The notes under the pieces: generated by a model
Told to the model about the DNA's origin: nothing
The model's database searches: none
The model's input: only the letters and a program-made list of their open reading frames with translations
Shown: positions 8,722 through 15,780 of the stretch, in pieces
Position numbering within the stretch: position 1 is the first letter of the stretch
How the letters are laid out: each line of letters opens with the position of its first letter
Virus record (IMG/VR): IMGVR_UViG_3300046004_002451
Span: 1 to 55,136 of that record
Origin: a virus
Taxonomy: Duplodnaviria > Caudoviricetes
DNA length: 55,136 bases
Reading direction: 5' to 3' (one strand)
Position numbers and translations under genes: made by a program

Positions 8722-8928
8722 CTACGCTTCATCTGTTTCCGGCGCGGGTTTGAAGTCACCATCCGCGTCACAGTGAACGGGCGGCCATCCGTTCCGCTTG
8801 ATGTCCAAGTGCCGCAGCAGCCTTTTGAGCGGGTGGCAGATGATTTGCCGCGTGGCTTCGCAGACGGTGTAGAGCATGAAAAATGAGATGAAGGGATGCT
8901 CCATCATGAAGGGTAAGAGGTCTTTCAT
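8722..8928 (-). CDS. Small membrane-associated hypothetical protein (68 aa, MKDLLPFM...)
   Basis: Hydrophobic N-terminal half; C-terminal GWPPVHCDADGDFK motif. Confidence 0.7.
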   Translation of the reverse strand: MKDLLPFMMEHPFISFFMLYTVCEATRQIICHPLKRLLRHLDIKRNGWPPVHCDADGDFKPAPETDEA

Positions 8929-8938
8929 TTTGTCGTGT

Positions 8939-9511
8939 TCATGGTAGTTTTGCGCTCGCCGTCGCCTGATCCGGGGCGTTCGCCAGCCGCAGCAGCACGT
9001 CCGCATGGCAAGCCGTCCCATTCTTGCACCAGCACGCTAGATTCTTGCCACACAGAGTTTTCAGATTGTCCAGCATCCACTGCTTTCGCTCGGGTATTCC
9101 AGCGGTAACGCCTTCGACCGTGAGCCATGTTTGGAATGCGCCGACGGCGAGGATTTGCGGCCGCTCCGGTGTGACCTTGAACGGGTTACCCCACTTCGAA
9201 GGCCGCGAGACCACGACTGTATTCGGTGGCAGTTTCGCGCCTGCCTTCCTGGAGAGTTGCACACGATGCGGCATAGCTTGAGCAGGTAGTGGTAGAGGTA
9301 TAAAGTCATCAGCAGGTAGGCCAGGCTGATATTGTTTTGGCGGATTCATCAGCCTTCGGCGCGCCCGGTCGCACATTGGAAACCATGCCACTCGCGGGTA
9401 GTCGAAGAGCCATTGAGCAGCATGGTTCCTTTCGGCGCAGCCTTCGGACACACACAGCACCACTGACCCAGCGTCAGGAGTCAACCGCTCTGGAGTATCG
9501 TTTGTATTCAT
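8939..9511 (-). CDS. DUF4326 domain protein
   Basis: VSRPSKWGNPF ... LCGKNLACWC...CHADVLLRLAN; ATG at 9511 overlaps the upstream stop. Confidence 0.85.
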   Translation of the reverse strand: MNTNDTPERLTPDAGSVVLCVSEGCAERNHAAQWLFDYPRVAWFPMCDRARRRLMNPPKQYQPGLPADDFIPLPLPAQAMPHRVQLSRKAGAKLPPNTVVVSRPSKWGNPFKVTPERPQILAVGAFQTWLTVEGVTAGIPERKQWMLDNLKTLCGKNLACWCKNGTACHADVLLRLANAPDQATASAKLP

Positions 9512-9552
9512 TGGCGGCATTGGTTCGCTGGTGAGTCAGCCTTTACGTTCGG
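9463..9552 (+). repeat. attC-like site (90 bp), degenerate
   Basis: CTGACC...GGAGTCA[A]CCGC ... GCTGGTGAGTCAGCC-tttac-GTTCGG; R'' AAC changed to ACC; ATGA overlap at 9508-9511 inside. Confidence 0.6.
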
Positions 9553-9807
9553 CTTACACAGTGAGATCACCGCCAGTTGCTCCATCTTCACGGAGTTCTG
9601 CACGCCATCAAAAACAGCGTCCCGAAGGAGGCAGGCTTTTGCCACGGAGAGCGCCGTGCGATTGGCCGGAGTGTCTTCAACTTGCACCACCATTCGCAGG
9701 AGGCATATCGGCAGTGGCACGGAAGCCGACCCCAGCACTGGTGCCAATCGCCGGGGCTTTTGGCCTTTGGTCGCTTTCTTCTTCAATGGTGTCTTTTTGG
9801 TCTTCAT
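9508..9807 (-). CDS. Cassette-like hypothetical protein (99 aa)
   Basis: RRLAPVLGSA N-terminal and KPNVKADSP C-terminal hairpin-encoded peptides. Confidence 0.7.
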   Translation of the reverse strand: MKTKKTPLKKKATKGQKPRRLAPVLGSASVPLPICLLRMVVQVEDTPANRTALSVAKACLLRDAVFDGVQNSVKMEQLAVISLCKPNVKADSPANQCRQ

Positions 9808-9854
9808 GAATCAGTCGTGGTTAGTCCGGCGGTCGGCAAAGTTGTTTCGTTCGC
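9726..9854 (+). repeat. attC-like site (129 bp)
   Basis: CCGACC-ccagc-ACT[G]gTGCCaAtCGCCGG ... CCGGCGgTcGGCAaAGT-tgtttc-GTTCGC; ATGA overlap at 9804-9807 inside. Confidence 0.75.
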
Positions 9855-10115
9855 CCTTCCAGTTGCCATGCGACTCGCCTCCTGAATTGCCACCATCAAG
9901 TCAGCAGCGATGCAATGAGCTTCTTCGATGGATATTCCATGATCCACGGTGCGGAGCTTCCAATCCGCGCTGGTTGTGTCCCAAGACACGGTTCGCAGGT
10001 AAATTTTCCCGTATTTGTTCACAAATGCCCCGTTCTTGGGCGAACAAGACGCAGCACGCGCCGCGCCGCACTCCTCGGTTTTCTCAGGCTTCAATTCTTC
10101 GTTTTCGTTTGGCAT
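9804..10115 (-). CDS. Cassette-like hypothetical protein (103 aa)
   Basis: ARAASCSP and RANETTLPT signatures. Confidence 0.7.
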   Translation of the reverse strand: MPNENEELKPEKTEECGAARAASCSPKNGAFVNKYGKIYLRTVSWDTTSADWKLRTVDHGISIEEAHCIAADLMVAIQEASRMATGRANETTLPTAGLTTTDS

Positions 10116-10144
10116 AGATTTCAGACTTGGGGCATTCGATTCTT

Positions 10145-10615
10145 CTACTCATGGTCGTTCGGCTTACGGCATGGCATCCACTGGCCTATGGGGTCATGTA
10201 TCGCCCACATTCGGAGCGTTCGACCTCCCCATGACTGATACTCCACATCGTAGGCGGCAAGGTGTGGTGGCTCGCTAGGGTATCCCTCCGCGAAGTCCAC
10301 AATTCGGACCATGCGCCATTCCTGATTGGGATATTTACGCCACCAGTAGAATCCAGCCATATCAGGCAAAGCCGAACTACGTGATGCTTGTATGGAGCAA
10401 TCTTGGCATTGGAAAAGGCGTTCCTTCTTGGAACGTGGATCAAGGGGGTGCGGACTGCAGTTCATCGTGCATTCCTTTGTTTTCGGATCAAACTTTTCCA
10501 ACTCGGCCGGGTCTGATTTTGGCCAGCTCTTCAAGCTAGAATGTTGCGTGAAAGGGTTGCAGACTCCACACAAGTCCGCGGGCCGCCCGTGCTTACAGAT
10601 TAAGTTCATGGCCAT
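10145..10615 (-). CDS. Cys-rich hypothetical protein, two-part fusion
   Basis: MAMNLICKHG..C..C N-terminal part; LPDMAGFYWWR domain after the SRSSA half-site; ends KPNDHE. Confidence 0.7.
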   Translation of the reverse strand: MAMNLICKHGRPADLCGVCNPFTQHSSLKSWPKSDPAELEKFDPKTKECTMNCSPHPLDPRSKKERLFQCQDCSIQASRSSALPDMAGFYWWRKYPNQEWRMVRIVDFAEGYPSEPPHLAAYDVEYQSWGGRTLRMWAIHDPIGQWMPCRKPNDHE

Positions 10616-10628
10616 AGTTTCTTTGAGC

Positions 10629-11255
10629 TTATTTGGCAAAGTGATTGCGCCATTCTCCTGCGCTCGCGCGCTGTTGTTGTAATGTGGCCAGTTGGGCGCC
10701 GTTGCGCAGCGCGCTGCAGTGCTTTCCAACTGTGACATCATAATAAGGGGGTGCCCCCCGGTGATAGGTGTTGGTGCGGAGATGCAAGCAGCCTACAGCG
10801 AAGGCGTGCAGTAAGTCCTCATTGGCATGTCCTGGGTCAGTGTAGAGTCGGGCAATACCGGCTCGGAACGCGGGTATCTGCGGGTCACTCGGCTTGGGTG
10901 GTGCCAGTTCAGTGAGGTAAAACCGTGGATATGGGAAGTCGATGGCCGCGAGCGTCTCGGCATCGCTACGTATGAAGCGGTCGATAAAGTCCGTCACCGG
11001 CGCCCATCCCACCCATTGCCGGCTCCACGGTTGGTCATCGACCCACACGAGGTAAGAGGCGGATACCGCCTGCATCTGCTTGCCGGCGTGCTCGCCCACC
11101 GGCATGAAGCTGGAGGGCATCAGCACTCGGTCATGGCCGGGCCGGAAATATGGCACTCCATGCTGCTTGTGGAGTTTGGTGGGGTCTTGTGGCGCTGTAC
11201 GCCAGAAGCGCTCTTTGCGCGCGGCTTCATTGGAGGGTGCCCAGTTTGTGCTCAT
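10629..11255 (-). CDS. DUF3820-like plus DUF4031-like fusion protein
   Basis: MPVGEHAGKQMQAVSASYLVW (MPFGKHKG-type motif) and LHAFA....PYYDVT..K...ALRNGA. Confidence 0.6.
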   Translation of the reverse strand: MSTNWAPSNEAARKERFWRTAPQDPTKLHKQHGVPYFRPGHDRVLMPSSFMPVGEHAGKQMQAVSASYLVWVDDQPWSRQWVGWAPVTDFIDRFIRSDAETLAAIDFPYPRFYLTELAPPKPSDPQIPAFRAGIARLYTDPGHANEDLLHAFAVGCLHLRTNTYHRGAPPYYDVTVGKHCSALRNGAQLATLQQQRASAGEWRNHFAK

Positions 11256-11275
11256 AAATCGTTGAGGTATGGGTG

Positions 11276-12169
11276 CTAGACCAGCGGCAGCGCGGTGGCT
11301 TGGGTAAATCCTGCGGCACAAGGGTGCCCCCCACCGCCGGCGCTCATATCTGCGGCAACGTTATGGACCGGTGTGCCGTTTTTCCGCGAGCGTAGAGAGT
11401 AAACAAATTCACCGGTGCCGGGTTTCACGAACCACGAGGCGCTAAATGGTGCCTGCGGGTAGGTTTCCAACAGTAAGTTACACGCATCAGAAATAAGTTC
11501 ACTCGCCAGTCCATTTACCGCTGGGATCTTGCCCTGAGGGAATTGAAGCCAATGGCAATTTGCTGCGGCGGCCGCGATGATGGTAGCGTCCACGGACCTC
11601 AACCGTTGCCCAATGGCAATCACTGCGGCCAGTTCCTCATCGGTGCTAAGTATTAGCCGGCGCCAATCATCAAAATTGCGCGGTGTGACGCGCATGAGTG
11701 CGGCGTGCAGATTGAGTGAGTCGGCGCTGTCAGCGTGCGTTGGCTCTTGCCACGCAATGCCCCTGTCACGGTGAGAGATGAGGGTAACGGCGAGTGGCAC
11801 CGAGTTATCGAAATAGTGTTTCCACGCCAATTCAGCGCCAGAAGCAGTTTTGTCATAGACGCTTTCAAAAATGGGCACATTCGAGGTCACGTCATATTTG
11901 TGGGTTACCTCTGCCCCACCTGAATGGTGGTCGATGACGGTGACATACACTGCTCCCTCGAACTCATCACGCACAGTCAGCAATGTTGAAAGTGGGGGGG
12001 TATAGTCGAGGTAGGTGAGGGTATCACCGGCGGCGAGTCCTGGCGGTCGCTGAATAACATCGCCGTATTGTATCGGGTAGAATGCGGCGGGCTCGGTGAG
12101 AGCCTGCCTGGAGATAGTAGCGGCGGCAAAGCCGTCAGCGCAGTTAGCGTGGTAAAGTACGTGGTGCAT
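11276..12169 (-). CDS. DHH/DHHA1 phosphoesterase (nanoRNase NrnB-like)
   Basis: YHANCADG, YLDY, IDHH, SGAELAW, YSLRS and GGGGHPCAAGF motifs. Confidence 0.9.
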   Translation of the reverse strand: MHHVLYHANCADGFAAATISRQALTEPAAFYPIQYGDVIQRPPGLAAGDTLTYLDYTPPLSTLLTVRDEFEGAVYVTVIDHHSGGAEVTHKYDVTSNVPIFESVYDKTASGAELAWKHYFDNSVPLAVTLISHRDRGIAWQEPTHADSADSLNLHAALMRVTPRNFDDWRRLILSTDEELAAVIAIGQRLRSVDATIIAAAAANCHWLQFPQGKIPAVNGLASELISDACNLLLETYPQAPFSASWFVKPGTGEFVYSLRSRKNGTPVHNVAADMSAGGGGHPCAAGFTQATALPLV

Positions 12170-12492
12170 CAGATTGAAAAGAGGATTTGTGTGACTCGAA
12201 GTTTTGTTTTGGTCGTGCGGCCGCCCTTTGGGCCTTCGCCTTCCGTGGTTTGTAGTTTTGCCAGAATCGTGACGAGGGCGCCGGCTTGGAGTTTTTTGAG
12301 CGATTCGGCCTGTCCGCCATGTGCCACGAGGCCTAGCATATTGTCCCGAGTCCGCCTGACACCATCAGCCCCGGTCCATTCTTCATGGTTTGCCAGGCTG
12401 GCGGTGCAGTACGGCCGGTTGGAGTCATCGAGTTTGTATTCCGGCGCCGTGATGAGCCGGCCCTCGATAATTGCAGTGTTGAGGTGGCTCAT
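12169..12492 (-). CDS. ssb: Single-stranded DNA-binding protein (OB fold only)
   Basis: LNTAIIEGRL...PEYK and LQAGALVTI; lacks the acidic C-terminal tail. Confidence 0.8.
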   Translation of the reverse strand: MSHLNTAIIEGRLITAPEYKLDDSNRPYCTASLANHEEWTGADGVRRTRDNMLGLVAHGGQAESLKKLQAGALVTILAKLQTTEGEGPKGGRTTKTKLRVTQILFSI

Positions 12493-12773
12493 GTAGTTGG
12501 GAAAAGGTTGTCGGTGATGAGAAGATTGAGATAAACAATGCCACGCTCAGTAATCTGGTAAGTCGGGTCTTTGCCCGGATCTGCGAGGGTAACCAGTCCA
12601 TGCTTAACAAGTTGGCCAAGTGGAGAACTGCGAAAGGTTTTTCGTAACTCGGTGATGGAGATTGGGCGCCCGGCCGAAAAGCCTCTGAGCATAAGGTTGG
12701 CATCCCCGCCGCATCCCCGGAGAAGATGCGGCCATTTGTTGAGCCGGCTCTGTATGAGAGATTGAGAGGCCAT
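12489..12773 (-). CDS. Winged-helix DNA-binding protein
   Basis: LVKHGLV...YQITERGIVYL wing motif. Confidence 0.65.
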   Translation of the reverse strand: MASQSLIQSRLNKWPHLLRGCGGDANLMLRGFSAGRPISITELRKTFRSSPLGQLVKHGLVTLADPGKDPTYQITERGIVYLNLLITDNLFPTT

Positions 12774-12774
12774 G

Positions 12775-13149
12775 TTAATAAGCAGGGAAGGTTATTTCAC
12801 GACCTGTCTCCATTTCAAAGCGCCGGAAGGCTGCCTCCAGTCGGTTTACACGATCGTCCAAAGTAAGCACCTCGGGTTCTTTGTACTTCTCAATGCCGGC
12901 AGCCTCGCGGCTGGTTTGGAGATTAGTGGGCGTAATATCGAAGCCGAGATCCTTGGCGGCTTGGATTGCGAGCGCTGCATCGGTTAAGTTTTCGGCCTCA
13001 GCGATATGCTCCGCGAGCCACCCGAAAAGAAGAAACTGCTGGCGTTTATTGTGGCCAACTCGCACCGGCACTGGCGCCAATGGTGTAGTTGGTATTTCCA
13101 CGGGTGTCAGGTTGAGGTCGGGAGTAGTTGGCGTGTTAGTATCTTCCAT
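12775..13149 (-). CDS. Hypothetical protein
   Basis: 124 aa ORF tightly packed in the early operon. Confidence 0.7.
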   Translation of the reverse strand: MEDTNTPTTPDLNLTPVEIPTTPLAPVPVRVGHNKRQQFLLFGWLAEHIAEAENLTDAALAIQAAKDLGFDITPTNLQTSREAAGIEKYKEPEVLTLDDRVNRLEAAFRRFEMETGREITFPAY

Positions 13150-13173
13150 GATGTTTAGGTATCGGTTTGTTTT

Positions 13174-13602
13174 TTATGCGTCTGCTTTTGGCAGAAATTT
13201 ATGAAGCCACACGATTTGCCGCGTGATGTCCGCTAGTTCGTTGGGGTTGCCGGCGGCTTGTTCGATGGCGGATTGCAGCACCGGCAGCAGAGCGGTTTTG
13301 ATTTCGGTATAAGTGCTCAGTTCAGAACCGGTCCAAAACTCGATTTTGTAAGGTGCGTGAAGGTAGAGATGGGGCTCGTTATTGAGCAACAGAGCTTTGC
13401 CACTCGGCAAATTCCAAGCCGGCGCCTTCACGAGCCAAAGCGCGCTAACTTGGGCGCCGGTATAGCGCGCACGGGCACAGAGTAAGTGCGCTGGTGCCTG
13501 CTGTGTGGTCCGGCTCAGGCATGTTGCCAACTCGATGGGGTAAACGTGAGTAGCGTGCAGAGGCTTAGCGCAGATAGCACAAGTGTAAGAGGTGGTTTTC
13601 AT
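13174..13602 (-). CDS. Hypothetical protein with N-terminal CxxC...HxxC
   Basis: 142 aa ORF; ATGA overlap with the upstream gene. Confidence 0.65.
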   Translation of the reverse strand: MKTTSYTCAICAKPLHATHVYPIELATCLSRTTQQAPAHLLCARARYTGAQVSALWLVKAPAWNLPSGKALLLNNEPHLYLHAPYKIEFWTGSELSTYTEIKTALLPVLQSAIEQAAGNPNELADITRQIVWLHKFLPKADA

Positions 13603-14132
13603 TTCGCGGGGGTGTCAGGGAAAAACTGCGGAATTATGGTATGGCTCGCTCGGAGTTTCTTAAATTCGTAAAGCGAGATCGAGATCCGCTTGATGTTGTA
13701 TTGAATTTCCTGGGTCCAGTATGCTGGTGCATAGCGGACCCCGTCAGGCGTCTCTGCGCGCGGCATCGGCGGGTTCCACACAAAGTTCACGCTCGTGAGA
13801 TTTGCCACGGGCCGGGCGAGGTTTACGAGTCGGCTGCCGCGCACGTCGATGAAGTCGTAACCGGCTATACCCACGGGGGCCACAATGCTTTTGTCAGGGT
13901 TCTCCAGCGCAAGAAGAATTTCCTCCATGTTCCTGTCCTGCACACTGCGGCTGTATTTCTGTGCGGGTGGTGACCGGTCACTGTGCAACATTTCGAGGAT
14001 GGCGAGGAAGGCGTCATCGTAAATGAAGACAGAGTCGAAAATTTCCCGGCGCCGGTCTGGCACACCTTTGACATTTACAGGGCAGCGCGTGAGAAGGCGC
14101 TTATTGATTTCATCGGCGAGTTTGGCGCTCAT
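13599..14132 (-). CDS. Hypothetical protein
   Basis: 177 aa ORF directly downstream of the replication gene. Confidence 0.65.
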   Translation of the reverse strand: MSAKLADEINKRLLTRCPVNVKGVPDRRREIFDSVFIYDDAFLAILEMLHSDRSPPAQKYSRSVQDRNMEEILLALENPDKSIVAPVGIAGYDFIDVRGSRLVNLARPVANLTSVNFVWNPPMPRAETPDGVRYAPAYWTQEIQYNIKRISISLYEFKKLRASHTIIPQFFPDTPAK

Positions 14133-14136
14133 GGGG

Positions 14137-15084
14137 TTATTTGGTAAATTGCCACTCGGCTTCCAGTTCTACGATTTGCCGCTCCAGTGTATGCAGGCGA
14201 GTTGCCGCGGTTTGGCGTTCGGCGTCGGTGTGGAACGACTTGCGGCCTAGTTCTGCTGCCGCCGCCTTGGCCTGCATGTATTGCGCGTAGGCCGCCTTGC
14301 GAGGCATTGGAGCCTCGACACTGCCGGCGGTAGGGCGCTTGCTGCCAATAACACGATTTGCCCGGTGGTTTGAGCGTGCCTTGAGATGCGCGGCGAAGTT
14401 GGTCACTGCCTGCCCGCGGTCGTCACTGCCGCCGCGGCCTTCGATCTCCAGCCAGACGGTTGCTGCATAGTCAGGATCAACACCGATAGTGTTGGCGATA
14501 CTTCTGGCTTGCTCCTCTGAACTTGGGAATCCTGCCCGGCGGAGTGTGAGTGTCTCTGAATTACTCTTATCTTCTCTGATCTTATCTGCCTGCACGGTAG
14601 GCGTTACGGTAGGCGTTACGCTATCCTCACGCGTAACACCTGCTTGAAGTCTCTTTTTATCCCGCCACCGCTGTTGCCTCTGGCTATTGGTGCCGCCCTT
14701 GCCTGCCTTCGAGGGGGCATTGTGCTCGTTGAAGTTTGGCAGGGTTACGGTCATCGTGGTGGCATCTGCCACGGCATAGCCAACTGAGGCCATAGCCTGC
14801 CCGAAACCTGGGACGTGTGATAGGCTGTCGATGATTGTGAGTGACGCATGGCGGAACACGCCATCTACCGTGTGACGGTTTGCTTCGACCCATACACGCA
14901 CGAGAGACGATACCGTAACATCTACCATAACGTCACGCGTAACGGTCGGAGTTACACCAAGTAAGTCACGAGCGGACGGGTTAAGCACATAACTTGAGGC
15001 GCTCATGGAGAGCATATCAGCCATGGCGATGACGCGCGGATCGGAGTGCAGAGACTCGCGAACTTTGATCCAGGGTTGAGACAT
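14137..15084 (-). CDS. Phage replication initiator / replisome organiser-like protein
   Basis: WIKVRESLHSDPRVIAMA N-terminus, LPNF.EHN, RQQRWRDKK, VTPTVT low-complexity linker and DKIREDK; contains iteron-like repeats. Confidence 0.75.
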   Translation of the reverse strand: MSQPWIKVRESLHSDPRVIAMADMLSMSASSYVLNPSARDLLGVTPTVTRDVMVDVTVSSLVRVWVEANRHTVDGVFRHASLTIIDSLSHVPGFGQAMASVGYAVADATTMTVTLPNFNEHNAPSKAGKGGTNSQRQQRWRDKKRLQAGVTREDSVTPTVTPTVQADKIREDKSNSETLTLRRAGFPSSEEQARSIANTIGVDPDYAATVWLEIEGRGGSDDRGQAVTNFAAHLKARSNHRANRVIGSKRPTAGSVEAPMPRKAAYAQYMQAKAAAAELGRKSFHTDAERQTAATRLHTLERQIVELEAEWQFTK

Positions 15085-15121
15085 TGGGCAGAAAAGGTTG
15101 GGTTGTGTCGCGTCAAGCAGG

Positions 15122-15355
15122 CTAACTGGAGCGCCTTAACTTGGCTAAGTGGCGGCTGAGAGCGGTGCGCAGCGCGGCGGCGCTATGATTCTGCCACTCG
15201 GGTTCTTTCACCAACTCACGCACGACGTGGGCCGGCCGTACGTGGTCCTGGAGCACGAGGGCGCTAAGTGTAGCCATCAATTCCGGCGGATAGAGGGTCC
15301 GCGCGATTGGGCGTTTCTGCTGTCGAACTCGTGCGGCAAAATTACTGTAGTTCAT
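15122..15355 (-). CDS. Hypothetical basic protein
   Basis: 77 aa ORF in the operon. Confidence 0.6.
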   Translation of the reverse strand: MNYSNFAARVRQQKRPIARTLYPPELMATLSALVLQDHVRPAHVVRELVKEPEWQNHSAAALRTALSRHLAKLRRSS

Positions 15356-15381
15356 AAACGAGATTCTAGGGTGCCTCGGCT

Positions 15382-15666
15382 TTATGCGACAGATGACGCT
15401 ATGTGTGAAATCCAGTCTTGCACGGTATGGAGTTTCGCCGCCTCATCGTCGTCAAGGTCGAAGCCAAATTCAGTTTCCACCGACATGCCAATTTCAATGA
15501 TGTCGAGTGAGTCGGCCCCAAGTGAGGTGTGCTCATTGCGCTGCAGCTCGGGCACATGAACGTCTGAGATGTAGGCCTGCGGGGTAATCTCCGCCGCGTC
15601 GATGCCGAGGTGCTCAATTAAAATGGACGTGAAGGCGGCGAGAATGATGTGACGGCTAGTGTGCAT
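15382..15666 (-). CDS. acpP: Acyl carrier protein (phage-encoded)
   Basis: LGADSLDIIEIGMSVETEFG...DDEAAKLHTVQD with the phosphopantetheine Ser intact; start at MHTSRH. Confidence 0.88.
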   Translation of the reverse strand: MHTSRHIILAAFTSILIEHLGIDAAEITPQAYISDVHVPELQRNEHTSLGADSLDIIEIGMSVETEFGFDLDDDEAAKLHTVQDWISHIASSVA

Positions 15667-15780
15667 AAAATGGAGAAAAGTGGGATTCGAGGGTGGTGCT
15701 GGCCGAACCAGAAAGCGTGATCCCAGCGGGGCGGCGGTAACAAAAGTCACCACAATAACGCCCCCACCCTCGAAAATGGT

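Larger units (their letters stand above)
7174..10395 (+). repeat. Array of integron attC-like sites (CALIN-like) separating minus-strand accessory genes
   Basis: Repeated inverted GAAC...GTTC cores with ~5-nt spacers and L-box arms carrying an extrahelical G; see individual sites. Confidence 0.8.

Noticed and set aside
7174-10395. Hairpins as Rho-independent terminators, REP elements or CRISPR repeats
   Set aside because: No U-tracts, sequences differ between copies, and they share attC-type bulge and spacer geometry while overlapping coding ends.
10372-10548. Complete attC site pairing 10372 with GTTGCG at 10543
   Set aside because: Only about 6 bp of arm pairing, poor core complementarity and out-of-frame AAC; kept as a half site only.
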